A DNA stretch of 64,000 bases, from contig OZ193910.1 in the NCBI GenBank assembly GCA_964276515.1, positions 4,402,001 to 4,466,000 of the forward strand, written 5' to 3'. Every line of letters starts with the position of its first letter. The stretch's first letter is position 1. This DNA is from Gordius albopunctatus. Its lineage: Eukaryota. The notes beneath the pieces are model-generated. The model had not been told where the DNA came from. It made no database searches and worked only from the letters and a program-made list of their open reading frames with translations. Both the position numbers and the translations under genes were made by a program. Of the stretch, positions 1 to 12,000 are shown piece by piece.

Positions 1-176
1 CCGAGCTTTCGTTCCCTTCCACCTCGTCTCTTGTAGGCAGGCGATGTGTACCTTTCTTCTTTTTAGCATTTGTGCAACCTCGATGCTCTTCCCCGTCAAC
101 GTTCCCACATTTCAGCACGTAATTCGCATTCTTTCCACAACTAGTTTCCTTAACCGCATTCGTTGTGAGTTAGGCA

Positions 177-857
177 TAGAGCCCTGCACGGGCCGGGCTC
201 GGGGAAAATCTTATAATATAATCGGGCCTCGGGCTCGGGTCGGGTCTGATGTGGCGGCCCGACCTGAGGCCCGAGCCCAGCCCGAATTGAACTAAAACAA
301 ATTAATCTCCTATAAAATAGGATTTAAATAAAATTCGATATTAAATAATTATTTTTCGCACACCGTACATTATATAGCTTCCAAACTTTAGCTTTTTCCC
401 TTCTCTATTATAATATAACTGACCTGAATTGCAAATCTTATTCTAGTATTTAAATAGATTTATAATAGCTGTTACAACTTTAGAAATAAGATAAGTAAAT
501 ATTTGAAAAGGTTTTTGTTTGTTTGAACTGTTAAAAATATATATTATAAAGTTAAATTTTTAGCTTTAAATGATTAGCCGAATAAATTATAACGAGTGAA
601 AATTTTTTATTTCAAACTTATACCAGTTGTAAATACGTGTAATAACAATCTAATACATTTTAAAATAAAATGGTGAAATAATTTTCAAAAATTTATTTCT
701 CAAAAATTTTATTTAACAAATCGGGTCGGGCTCGGCCTCGTTCGGGCCAAAAATAAAAAAATCTTTAGGGCTCGGGCCGGGCTCAGGCAAAATAAAAATT
801 GAGAATTCGGGCTCGGGCCGGGCTCAGGCAGAAGAAATTTCATTTCGCAGGACTCTA
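177..857. mobile_element. Non-autonomous hAT-type MITE (TAGAGCCCTGC TIR family) with GGGCTC/GGGCC subterminal repeats
   Basis: Starts tagagccctgc and ends gcaggactcta. Flanked by ttaggca at 170-176 and 858-864 (7 bp of the expected 8-bp TSD). The body is homologous to 45025-46347. Confidence 0.8.
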
Positions 858-3065
858 TTAGGCAGTAACCCTAGTGTATTTTTCACATTGCACGGGCGGG
901 GCATGCAGTGCGCGTCGTTTGTGGAGGACGCCCTAGCCTTTTCTTGTAAAATCTCGTTTGAAACTATCATAATTTTGGAGTTTATTTTTATAGCCGGTTT
1001 TCGACCTGACGCCAACCCTCCACTTTTTGCACACGGACTTGGGGCCGTCGTAGGTAGTGTTCATAAAAAAATGTAATCATATGAAATAAATTTAATTCAA
1101 ATAAATCCATAAAGATTTAGCTTTAATAAATTATGGTGAGAAATAAATCGGACACACAACTTACTGGAAAATCTATTTAGCAAAGCACTTAGACCACATT
1201 AGACAAGACAATAGAACCAGCATCGATTCAAAATCTCCTCATCTATCGGTTCCACGTTTAATATGCCCCGAAAGTTCAAGCATAAGGCACTTCTTCATGT
1301 TTTATCTCATAGATGCACAAATGGCTAACTATATACATGAATTTATATCTTATTAGTGCCAATATTTTAATTATATATTATTGTTTTAGGTTCAATCGTC
1401 AATTCCAAAGAAGGATTATAATAAAGTTTAAAGGATGCTTGCTTTAAATCATAATTAAATTCCTAGACGTAAAGAAGATTTGAATAAGGTGTAGGGACGC
1501 AAAATATTAATTAAAAGCGAAATAACAAAAATTTCTTAATTTAAAGAGCGCTTGCACTTCAAAAAAACAAGAATATTGAAAACGTTATATACTATTTGAA
1601 AGTTTATAATATTACTTTGGGGACCTAATTTAATTAGTTTTGCAAAAATTATTACTGTTAGACGCTAAACATTATCCGTTTCCGTATTCTTCCATTTCAC
1701 ATGCTTTTGTATAATTTGCCAAAAGCAATAGGTTGTCGTATTTTGAACACCCGACATTTGATATTACAATCCTATTTTGTGAATTAGTAAAAATTAATTG
1801 ATACGCTAGTCTAAATTAGCCTAAAAGTGATTTTAAAAACATTATGTTCCATCTTAGGCAACGCGACTAATATATAGATTTAATCATTATTTGAAAAACC
1901 CGTGGCCAATGTCCCGAGCTTATTAATTGTTATAACGATTCAGTCTTTATCAAACATTTATTAGCGTAAGCGCCTGAGAATAATTTGAAGTTGCAGGGGA
2001 GAGGAAAGATTTTTGACACTAATGTGAAAGATGATAAGTAACAAAAAAGTCGTTCGCCTCTCTGATATAATGTCTTTGTTATCGTAGCGTTTGTTCGGTT
2101 TTCTGGGTATTCATGTTTTTATAATTGTTCCACATGGAATTGAATCACAATTCGTATGCCTATAACATTTAGCAAGTGTTGAAGGGTTGGGCTAGTAAGG
2201 GAAGGGGTGGGTAAACACTTTAATTCCCACAACCAATTATAAAAATACAATTTTGTAAATTCATGTAGTACGGTTAAAATTCTAAAAAATCCGTATTTTT
2301 GTGGCCTATATAAATATTCATTATTTCCCTATCCCTAAGAGCCTGGATGCAACCATAATAAATAAACGTAACATACAATTTGTTCTCTAAAATGAAATGG
2401 CCTGAAGGAGTGGTGACCCTAAAACTTGGCTTGCTATTTTTTGTTTTTTTACGTGATGTGTGTATCCCCCCTTACATAAGCTATTGATTAACAATTAGCC
2501 CTTTTTTGACACTTCTACTTCTTCTTTACTTTTTTACCGTTTGAATTCGTTACCTTTTGCATGAACTCGCATCTAAAATTCTTTATAATTGACACTAAGA
2601 ATTCTATCAAGCTAGGTTAATAGTTAATTAGGTTAAGGTGGAAGTAACCCAAACCTAATTCTTCTGAGCCTATGCACCCTTTTTGAACTTTGTTGCCATC
2701 AAAAAATGCAGCATGACATAGGGGCTTTATAAATTTTTGTTTTGGTATATAAAATATCTTGAAACTTAGCTCAGCTAATTGATTTAGCCATTAAACGGGT
2801 CCAAAAAAACACGGTGACAAGGAATTTAATAAGTTCACATAAAGTGTGGGAACGGGATATACTAGCACCATACATCACTCTGTCAGGTCACAAAATAGTT
2901 GGGTCATTTTCTAAATGGCATAGTAATTAAGCATGTCTCTGATGCTACCTTCTATGGTATATGCTTATTCATATAGCGAGTATTTTTCCAATATTTGGAC
3001 AAGCTTACAGATAAATTGACGTGCTAATATTTAAGTTTATATCCATGTTTATTTAAAATAGCTGA

Positions 3066-6000
3066 ATGTCTTTAACCCCAAATTTGTTCATAATTAACAT
3101 TCAATTTTGTGGTATGGTAATGATTGATTCTATAGCCAAAATATTCCATAGCTACGCGCTACACAGATGTGAGTAAATCCCTTTTTTCCCAATATTTTAT
3201 CATGCAGAAATATTAAACTATTATATTTAATGCGAATTTATAAATATTTCCTTAATTGCATATTTTTAATAATATTTTATAAGGGCTTTGCATTTTCTGA
3301 TTCAATGTTACAATTTCTTATGTTTTGGGCATAAAGGATATAAAGCCGCTATTAAAGCCTGTTAATTTTATTAATTAGTTACTAGTTCTGATAATTCAAC
3401 GCAGACGCGTAGCCAAGGGGGCAGAAAGGGGGAATTTTCTGCCCACTTGACCAAAATTTGAATATTATTTTGAAGGTCCATGTCCTTTTTTAAGGTATAA
3501 AAGCGATATTAAATGCTCTGATTAATGAAGAGAAGAGATTTTTCCAAAGCTGGTTATATAGCGCCTTGAAGTTTAGCATATATTGTACGCGAAGTTTACT
3601 TTTGTTACATTATAAATAAAAGTGTCGAAAATTTTTTGAATTTTTCTTCCCCCTTGAGAAAATCCTGGCTACGCTCCCGATTCAACGCTTTATAGTCTTA
3701 TTTAGTGTTTATGCCAAAATGCTAAAACCATAACCTATGGTAGTAGCATACATCTCGCCCATTACCATCATCACAAATTCACAACCAGCACATGCTGCTT
3801 AATAACCCGGTTACTAGCACGGCAGATTAAAGTTGGGTTGGTTGCTGGTTGAGAGACTTATTACACTTTTTTCGATACCAAATAATGTCATAACCATTAA
3901 GGTAGCAGGGTAACTTTCTATAGTTAGGTGCCTACCTACATGCCCTTTAAAACTTGGAAAATTTTGGTTTTCGTTTTGATTAATAATAACCAACTATACA
4001 TTCGTTTAACATATACAGCAATAAGCAGATTCAAATCGAGAATTAAGCGTTCAAAATGTGAAAAGTTAATCCTTAAACTTGACAAGTTATAGCTGTGTTG
4101 GTAATACACAAAAACATCCTATAATCTCCAATATTTTTAACCAGGCCAAGGCAGGCGCGTAACCAAGGGGGAGGAAAGCGGGACTTTTCTTTCCCCTTGG
4201 CCGAAATTCAAAAATCTTTTGTATTAATAACTGAATTAAATGGGTTAAAATATAATAGTTTAGTTGTATAAAAGACTTTGACACACATATGAAAACTTGG
4301 AAACATAATATATACCTTTAATTTTTATTTAATTTTTGAGAAAATACATTGTAAGCCTTCTTAACATCACCTCATTCTATAAAGAATTAATACCTTTCTC
4401 ATTTATCATATTTGCATAAATTTTCTGCCAGAACACATCACGGTTTGTTAACTAAATTGCCCGCCAAGGCCAGCCCAATCCTTTATGCCAAATTGACTTA
4501 TGCTGTCCAAACTGCGGGGCCCAAAATGGCTTTTTTAAATTTCAGGCATTAATTTTGCCTATTTTTTTGAAAATTCTTGATTTAATTCTAGAATTTTTAT
4601 AAATAAAAAGGTGACAAAAAATAATAAACTATATAAAAAATCTCATTGTTATGGTGCCCGCCCAGGCCTAATTAAAAATCTTGAAGGTTGCCTGCTAGGC
4701 CCCTTGGCCGAGTGGGCCCAGCAGCGGGCCCGACTTTTTGGGTGTCTACTTTTTATTTTTAATTACAAATAAAATGGGCAAAAAATTTTTGGCAGCTTTA
4801 CTCTTCCTTGAGAAAATCCTGGCTACGCGCCCGGGCCAAGGGAGTATTAACAAATTAATTTATTTGGACTAAATTTATACACTAACCCGCCAACCCGGCC
4901 CCATTTTGGAGTTAAATTTAATTTCATGATTAATTTTCTACCCCCCCCCCTGATAAGTCTTGCATTTTTACATTTATTATAAGCTGCATTCATTTAAGAA
5001 CTTATGATCCTTTTAACATATCGATGAGTTTAAATAAATTATCTATTTAAACGTTTTCAGATTGATACTATCGTACAGCTCTCTTAACTAAATTAAATAT
5101 TTAAGCTGTATTTGTCTATCAAAATAGTTAAACGAAATGTAGAAAAAATTTAGCGAAATAATTCGTTGTCTTAATTATTTACAATATACAATCTTTCATT
5201 TATGGCGAAGCTTGGGCTACAAAATATTTTGGTTATTCCCCTGAATAAAGCCGGGTAGCATAGTTTCTGCTTTAATTGTCATATTTTCTAATTATTCAAT
5301 CGGTTTTAGATAGATTATCCCCAAAAAACATTGAGTTTACACTTGTTTAGGAGTTAAGAAAAAGAATTGTTAAGACCTACTAACCTTAAGAAGAAAGTGA
5401 ATATTGAGGTCTTTTAATTTAATAATACCTTGAATGGATCTATGACGACTTAATTGATAAATATATTTTAGCATAGTCATATGTACAACTTTAAATTTAA
5501 TGCCTCTTAATTTTATTATAATAAATTTATTATTTTCAAATAATATATATTATTTTTACCTTTTAGTATCACGAATCAAGATTAGACGATTATGCTTTGC
5601 CTTGTTATTTTATGGACACATTCTCATAACATGGCCATCTGCAACAGCTTTAAGCAATGACTCCCTTAACAAAACCACTTCTTCCAAATCATCCATTACA
5701 AATTCAAGTTAAACAATATTAATAATATTTTACGCTAATATTACCATTACCCGAAGATAAATTTTATAAACCTATATTCTAATATGTTATAAAATTCCTA
5801 AAACGAAGTGATAATGTCTTTTTTAATCTATATATAACATCTTAAATACTCCTTTAAAATGTATTGATAAATAATTTTTAAATATCATCAGAACTAGAGC
5901 CAGAAACCTTAATTGTGCCTGGTATTGCGACTCAACTTTTTGATGACAAAACTTTGCCAATCGAAGGGGAGTCTTTTCATACACTTAAATCGTCAGAGAA

Positions 6001-9000
6001 ACTTAAAAACAAGCATAAAAGTGCTTATAAATCGAAGCATCCCGCTCAGGTAGCTGATATTGATAAAACTCTCGTCCCCAGTGATTTCTATCTTTCTTCT
6101 AACTCAAATGCGAAATCATTTAAAATGATGAATCCCAACAACAAAACGGATCAAGGCTCGGTAGCTCTAAGAAATCATATAAGTCACACTCAAAATAAGG
6201 TGATGGACATAGTTAAACCTATCGACGATCCATTAGCGCAGGGGGATAGCTTAGATTGGAATGAAATAAATAATTCCATTGACGCTCCTTCAATATCCAA
6301 ATCCCACGCTTTATATGGAAGTCCATTTGGTGACATAGACGACACTGAAACTAATTATGGACATCACAAGTATCACGGACACCACTCTTCGTACCCACAC
6401 ATAGTATTTACGGGTAGGAGAGTTTTGCAGGAAGAGGGCAGTGGACAAGAATGCGTTTTAGCATCTAATTCAGGCTGCGGGCCAGAGGAGCAATGTATAC
6501 GTCGGCATCAATTCGATATATGCGAATGCAAAAAAACACATGGTAGAAGGCATGGGCATAGAGAAAGAAGGTGTAAACGTAAGTCATACAGTTCTACAAA
6601 AGTTAAATGGGTTTTTAAATCGGGCAGACAAGACTTATCTAAAGGCAAAGAGACTCGATGTGTATTTTACATCTTATTTAGAATGGCATCCTTTTAAAGG
6701 GGCGTGGTGGCGTAGTTTGTATAGGTTTAGTCTTTGAAGCAAGAGCTCGCAGGTTCAATCCCACCTCTGTCACTTATTTCATAAGATTAAAAATTACTTC
6801 GTCATCACGGGTGTCAGGCTTGGATAGCCGAGCGTCACCCCTCATCCAAATATCTAAAGAAGCTGACCACCTTAGTGTGACAAACAGCTATTGGAAATCT
6901 TATAATGGCATCCTTTGTAGCTAAAATATTTGAATTAATCTCATATTAGTTAAGTTATTTTGCGTAATCCCAAGTTTCGAGTTGTATAAATATGATTCTA
7001 AAATACAGCTAAATCTGGGTAGGGGCTAAAACAAGTGAGCGGCCTTCATATACTTATGATACGATGATGCACTAACTCATTTTTAAATTTAGCAATCAAA
7101 TTTCAATGCGGAGCCATCTTTCAACTAATTTATGGGTTTCGCGCAGATTTTGAAGATCAATCTTCTCGTGAGTTTCTGGACTTCGCCCAACCGTTTTTGG
7201 ATGTGGTGAGAATTTAATTGGTTTAATAACAATATATGGCTATTGAAGATGTCTTACAAAGAATAACTTTATATTTTTGTTTAAGTGTGGATTAGAAAAA
7301 TCTTTATAAGACAAATGCGAATCTACAATAAAATCTTAAATAAAAACAAATTTAACATTAAAGATTTAATCTCCATGGCCTGGCAACAAATAAAACTTGA
7401 TTTTAATTGGAAATTTTGGGATAGCTTATGACTTTCAATTTAAATTATAGTTCTATAAGTTATTGAAGAGAACTTTAGATATGTGCTATAAATTTAAAAA
7501 ACAGATTTGGAATTTATAATTTTCAGAGTTTGCGCGGGATTCAAAAGGTGGCCGTAACGTGCCTATTGTGATAGTTTCTAGTAGCATATTTTAATATTGT
7601 TAACACAACACCTAAAATTTTTATTAATTAGATGTTTTTTATTTATCCTAGGTAGAAACGGACATTCAATCCAATCAGATACTTGATAGAGGTGTTGTCT
7701 CGACTAAAATCACCAAATGCCAACCAGGATCAACCATTGTGTACTTGAGTATAGGTATTGGACAAGATAGCACAGAATCACCAGAAACTATTGTAAGTCT
7801 ACTGAAAAGAGCACTCGTTCAAGCCCCGCCAAATAATATAGGGTACTGGAGCAACTCATTGCAATCCATAAGAGGTTATACAACTTTCTTCCCGATAAGA
7901 TTTCACGATTTTTTACAACCAAGCAGAGGCCTTCTTGTTTATTTCTAAATAAAGTTATGCCATATAGTTCCTATTAAAATAAGCCTAACATATTAAAAGT
8001 TTTTGGATAGCTTGACTTTTTAAGGTCATTATAAAATTTCTTTTGCTTATTTTTTTAAAATTACACTATATAGGCGCAGTTAATTAGTTTATCCGATCAG
8101 TAATTATTAAAGTTACAGATCTTTTTGCGGAAATGTTTATTGGCAGCTCTTAGTTTGTGCGACGAGCCCGAAACTAACCCTTGTAGCAAAAACGCCGAAT
8201 GTCTAACGGTGAACGAGTTCGACTTTGTGGGCTGTAGATGCAAATCAGGCTATGAAGATGTGTCCAGCTCTTTTCTATATCCTGGAGCTATATGTTCAAG
8301 TAATAATTTAAATAAAAACGCTTAGTAATTTTATATGCTTCTATAAAAATGTTATACTTAAGTCATGCACTGGCTATCTTTCTTACCTACATAATTATCC
8401 CTTGATATATGATTAAGAGAATTAAAATATTGGTAAAATTTATCAATTATAACGTTGGTAGTATTTTTCTTTTATCAAATAAAACGCATTTCAGATTAGA
8501 ATGCAAACTTAAAGTCTTACTTCATGTGGTATAATAAATATGAATTTAAAATACAAAAATAATAATTGCAGAAAAACACGTTGTTTCATGTATTTTGAAT
8601 CATATTAGAATCAGTTGGAGCGTGTGAAGTGGGTACAAATAGTGGTTGTGGCGCTTTAGAAGTTTGCGTTAACATAGATGGAAGCAATGCTTGTATATGT
8701 CAACCACCTTTCATCAAAGACGTCTTTACTGGGGATTGTAAAGGTAATCATCAAAATAATCAAAGCCTCAGTGATTAAAACGTTCGTTATAACTATATAT
8801 ATATATATATATATTTGTAAAGTTGCAAGATTTATCGGATATGCAAGGGATAGCAAAGGTTAATAAACAAATAATGACATTCGCTTGCTTAAAACGTTCT
8901 TTATATTGGTCGATTCTTACTTAGTGACTAACTTTATACTAGCTTTTATTTTTACATCTTTTTCGTTGATAATACAGTTAAGCAATGAATTTGTAAACAC

Positions 9001-12000
9001 AAAAACTACTTAATCCTATATTATTTATAATATTCAACCTTAGATAGAAATAATATGTTTTTAATGTGTTAGAGTTAAGTGAACATTGGTGACCCTTGGT
9101 TAAATTATAAAGTGATTTTACATAAATATTGGGGGTCTATGGTAATATGGCTGCTGATAGAATTCAATCAGTAAAATTCAACGCCTTTGCGCATAAAAAA
9201 TGCCAAACCTATGTTTAGAGTCGTTGCCATGATAAACGAGTCTTTTAAGCTTTGGCTGTTTAACTAATATATGTTGCCAAAAAGTTTTACAATATAGGAG
9301 ATCGCCTTTACTTTAAACTTAACAAGTTTTTTGTATGTTTCTTTTCTTACTTTTTAGCCCCTTTTTCCAAATCACCTTTTCGACATTTATAAATACAAAA
9401 GATACTTGTTTAATTTTTACTTAAATATATATACATAGTTGCGACTTCTTGTGACGCGACCAACAATTTTGGCTGTGGTCTAAATGAGGTGTGTCAACCG
9501 CAAAACTTTGGATCAACTTGTACCTGCACTCCTGGTTATACGAGAAACTTGTTAAATGGCCAGTGCGAAGGTATATTCAATGTTCTTCAAAGATATATGT
9601 TTTTTGATAAAAGTTAATATATCTGATCATAATACGATTCGTTTGAATTGCTACACTTATTAGTAAATAATTAAAAAGGAGCGTTGTGCGTAATGTGCCT
9701 TCAAATTCATCTTTCAAAAGAGAACAGCAATTCAAAAACGATTTGAAATTAAATTTTGAGATTTAAATTGCTATTGATTGTTTTAATAAAAATGCAAGGA
9801 ATATTTAGAGGGAGAAGATCGCCTGCGTATTTTTCGAAAAAAGTAAACGCCATTTTTTCATAAGATTATAAACATGAGGAACTATTAAAATAAAAATAAT
9901 AGACTTTAAGTGGGCCTTGTATTTTTTAAACTTGAGATCTTCTGCGTCATGTGACTTAGTGATGGTGAAACGCTTAGCACCAGCACTTGTAGCGCCTCGC
10001 ATTTATATAGCATAGTCATTTGGAGGCGCTACAGCTATAGCACATAGCTACACGGAGGCGCTACAGTTATAGCACATAGCTACACGGAGGCGCTACAGTT
10101 ATAGCACATAGTCACACGAGGGCGCTAGAGCTGTAGGAAATAGGAACACGAGGGCGCTAGAGCTTTAGGAGATAGTCACATAAGGTGCTAGAGCTATAGC
10201 GTGGCGTTATCATTGTTATGATTTTTTATTGTTAAGTAGCATAATTATATTAACTAACACTCCATCTCACTTTTTTAATACAATATTTTTATTCAACCCC
10301 CCCCCCCTCTGACTTGTAAAGATTGCGCTTAAAACTTTTAAAAAGTTAAACTTAACTTACAAGGCATTAATATTAGCTTTCTAGTTTGATTGATTTATTT
10401 TAAAGGGTTTATTTCTGTTTATTTATATACCTGCGTCTTTCATACTTAATAATTTAGGTCACTTATTGATAGCACTGAGCTTATTAATTAAATTCGCCTA
10501 TAAACTTAGTTCAAACCACATGTGCGCATAAGCTACTTAACAATATCAATTCATAACAATGATAGCGCCACGCTAGAGCTCTAGCACCTTATGTGACTAT
10601 CTCCTACAGCTCTAGCGCCCTCGTGTTTCTATCTCCTACCACTCTAGCGCCCTCGTGTGACTATGTGCTATAACTGTAGCGCCTCCACGCGAGTATGTGC
10701 TATAACTGTAGCGCCTCCGCGTGACTATGTGCTATAGCTTTAGCGCCTATCAAACGCTATTTCACCATAACTAATGTGACTAATGAGGAACAGTCACGAC
10801 GTATTCGATCTTTAAATGAAGGATCTGACGGTTAAAGTATGGAGGAAATTTGAATCCCTCTACCCCATACTTTATATCTCAATACACATACCACAAATTA
10901 TATAATAAATAATATATAAATAAATTTCAACTCAAGTGCATGGTGTTTATTTGAAGCCACAACCTATATCTTCGATTCGAATGTTAATATAGCCCAGGTG
11001 ACATATTATATGTTTTTAATCTCGCATTTTATTAAAACCCTATTTTACAAAATGGCGATTTTTTATAAAATTTAAATTGTGTATTTTCTACACGTGTTAT
11101 ACTGTCAAATAATTTATTGGACGACTTTAAAAACATTAAAATTCGATAAATTAAAGGTAGAAATTAATATTAAATATATAATTATATATATAAATATTAT
11201 TTTACATATGATTAATACACAATAAACATATGTTGCTTTAAAGACATATTATGCACATAAGGTATTTTATTTGAGTGTTATATTTTTAGAATTATGAATT
11301 GTGGTACCATACCTAATGATAGTGAAGATTCAAATTTAAGTGAATCGTCTGATGAGGAGGATCTGTCAACCTAAAATAATGATTTTGGTATATTTAAAAG
11401 GGTGTTATCTAAGTAAAAAATTACAAATTGCTAAGTTTTTATTTTGATATGCTTAGTTTTATTCTAATATTTATTGATCATTAGATTTTATTAAATTATG
11501 TATTTTAATTTGCATGATTTACATTGAGGGATTTAGTGTAAATAAATGTGTGTGTATAAAATGTATGCTCTTATATAATCTATAAATATCTAGATTTTAA
11601 TGAGAGTGATGAATCGGAAGAGGATGAAAATATCAATAATAAAAAAAGGACCGGGAGAAAAATTATTTGGAAAAATTGTAATTTACAGGTAGTTATTCTA
11701 AAGTGGAAAGGAGAAAACCCAAATGTTGATAAAGTCAAAAAACCAATGGATTATTTTAATAAATATCTCAAAGATTTATTACCTCTAATTGTTTACCAAT
11801 CAAATTTATATGCAATTCAAGGCAATCCCAACAAACCTATGAACTTATCAACAGATGAATTAGAAAAATTTATAGGAATTCTTTTTTACATGTCAATTAT
11901 TAAACTTCCCACAGCACGCCTCTACTGGGCCACCAATACAAGACAGCCAAAGGTGGCTGATGTCATGACCCTAAATCCCTGGGAACAAATCAAATCATTC

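Noticed and set aside
6699..6775. Possible tRNA gene
   Set aside because: No convincing cloverleaf, and it is flanked by a TSD as part of a longer unit, so it is called a SINE head.
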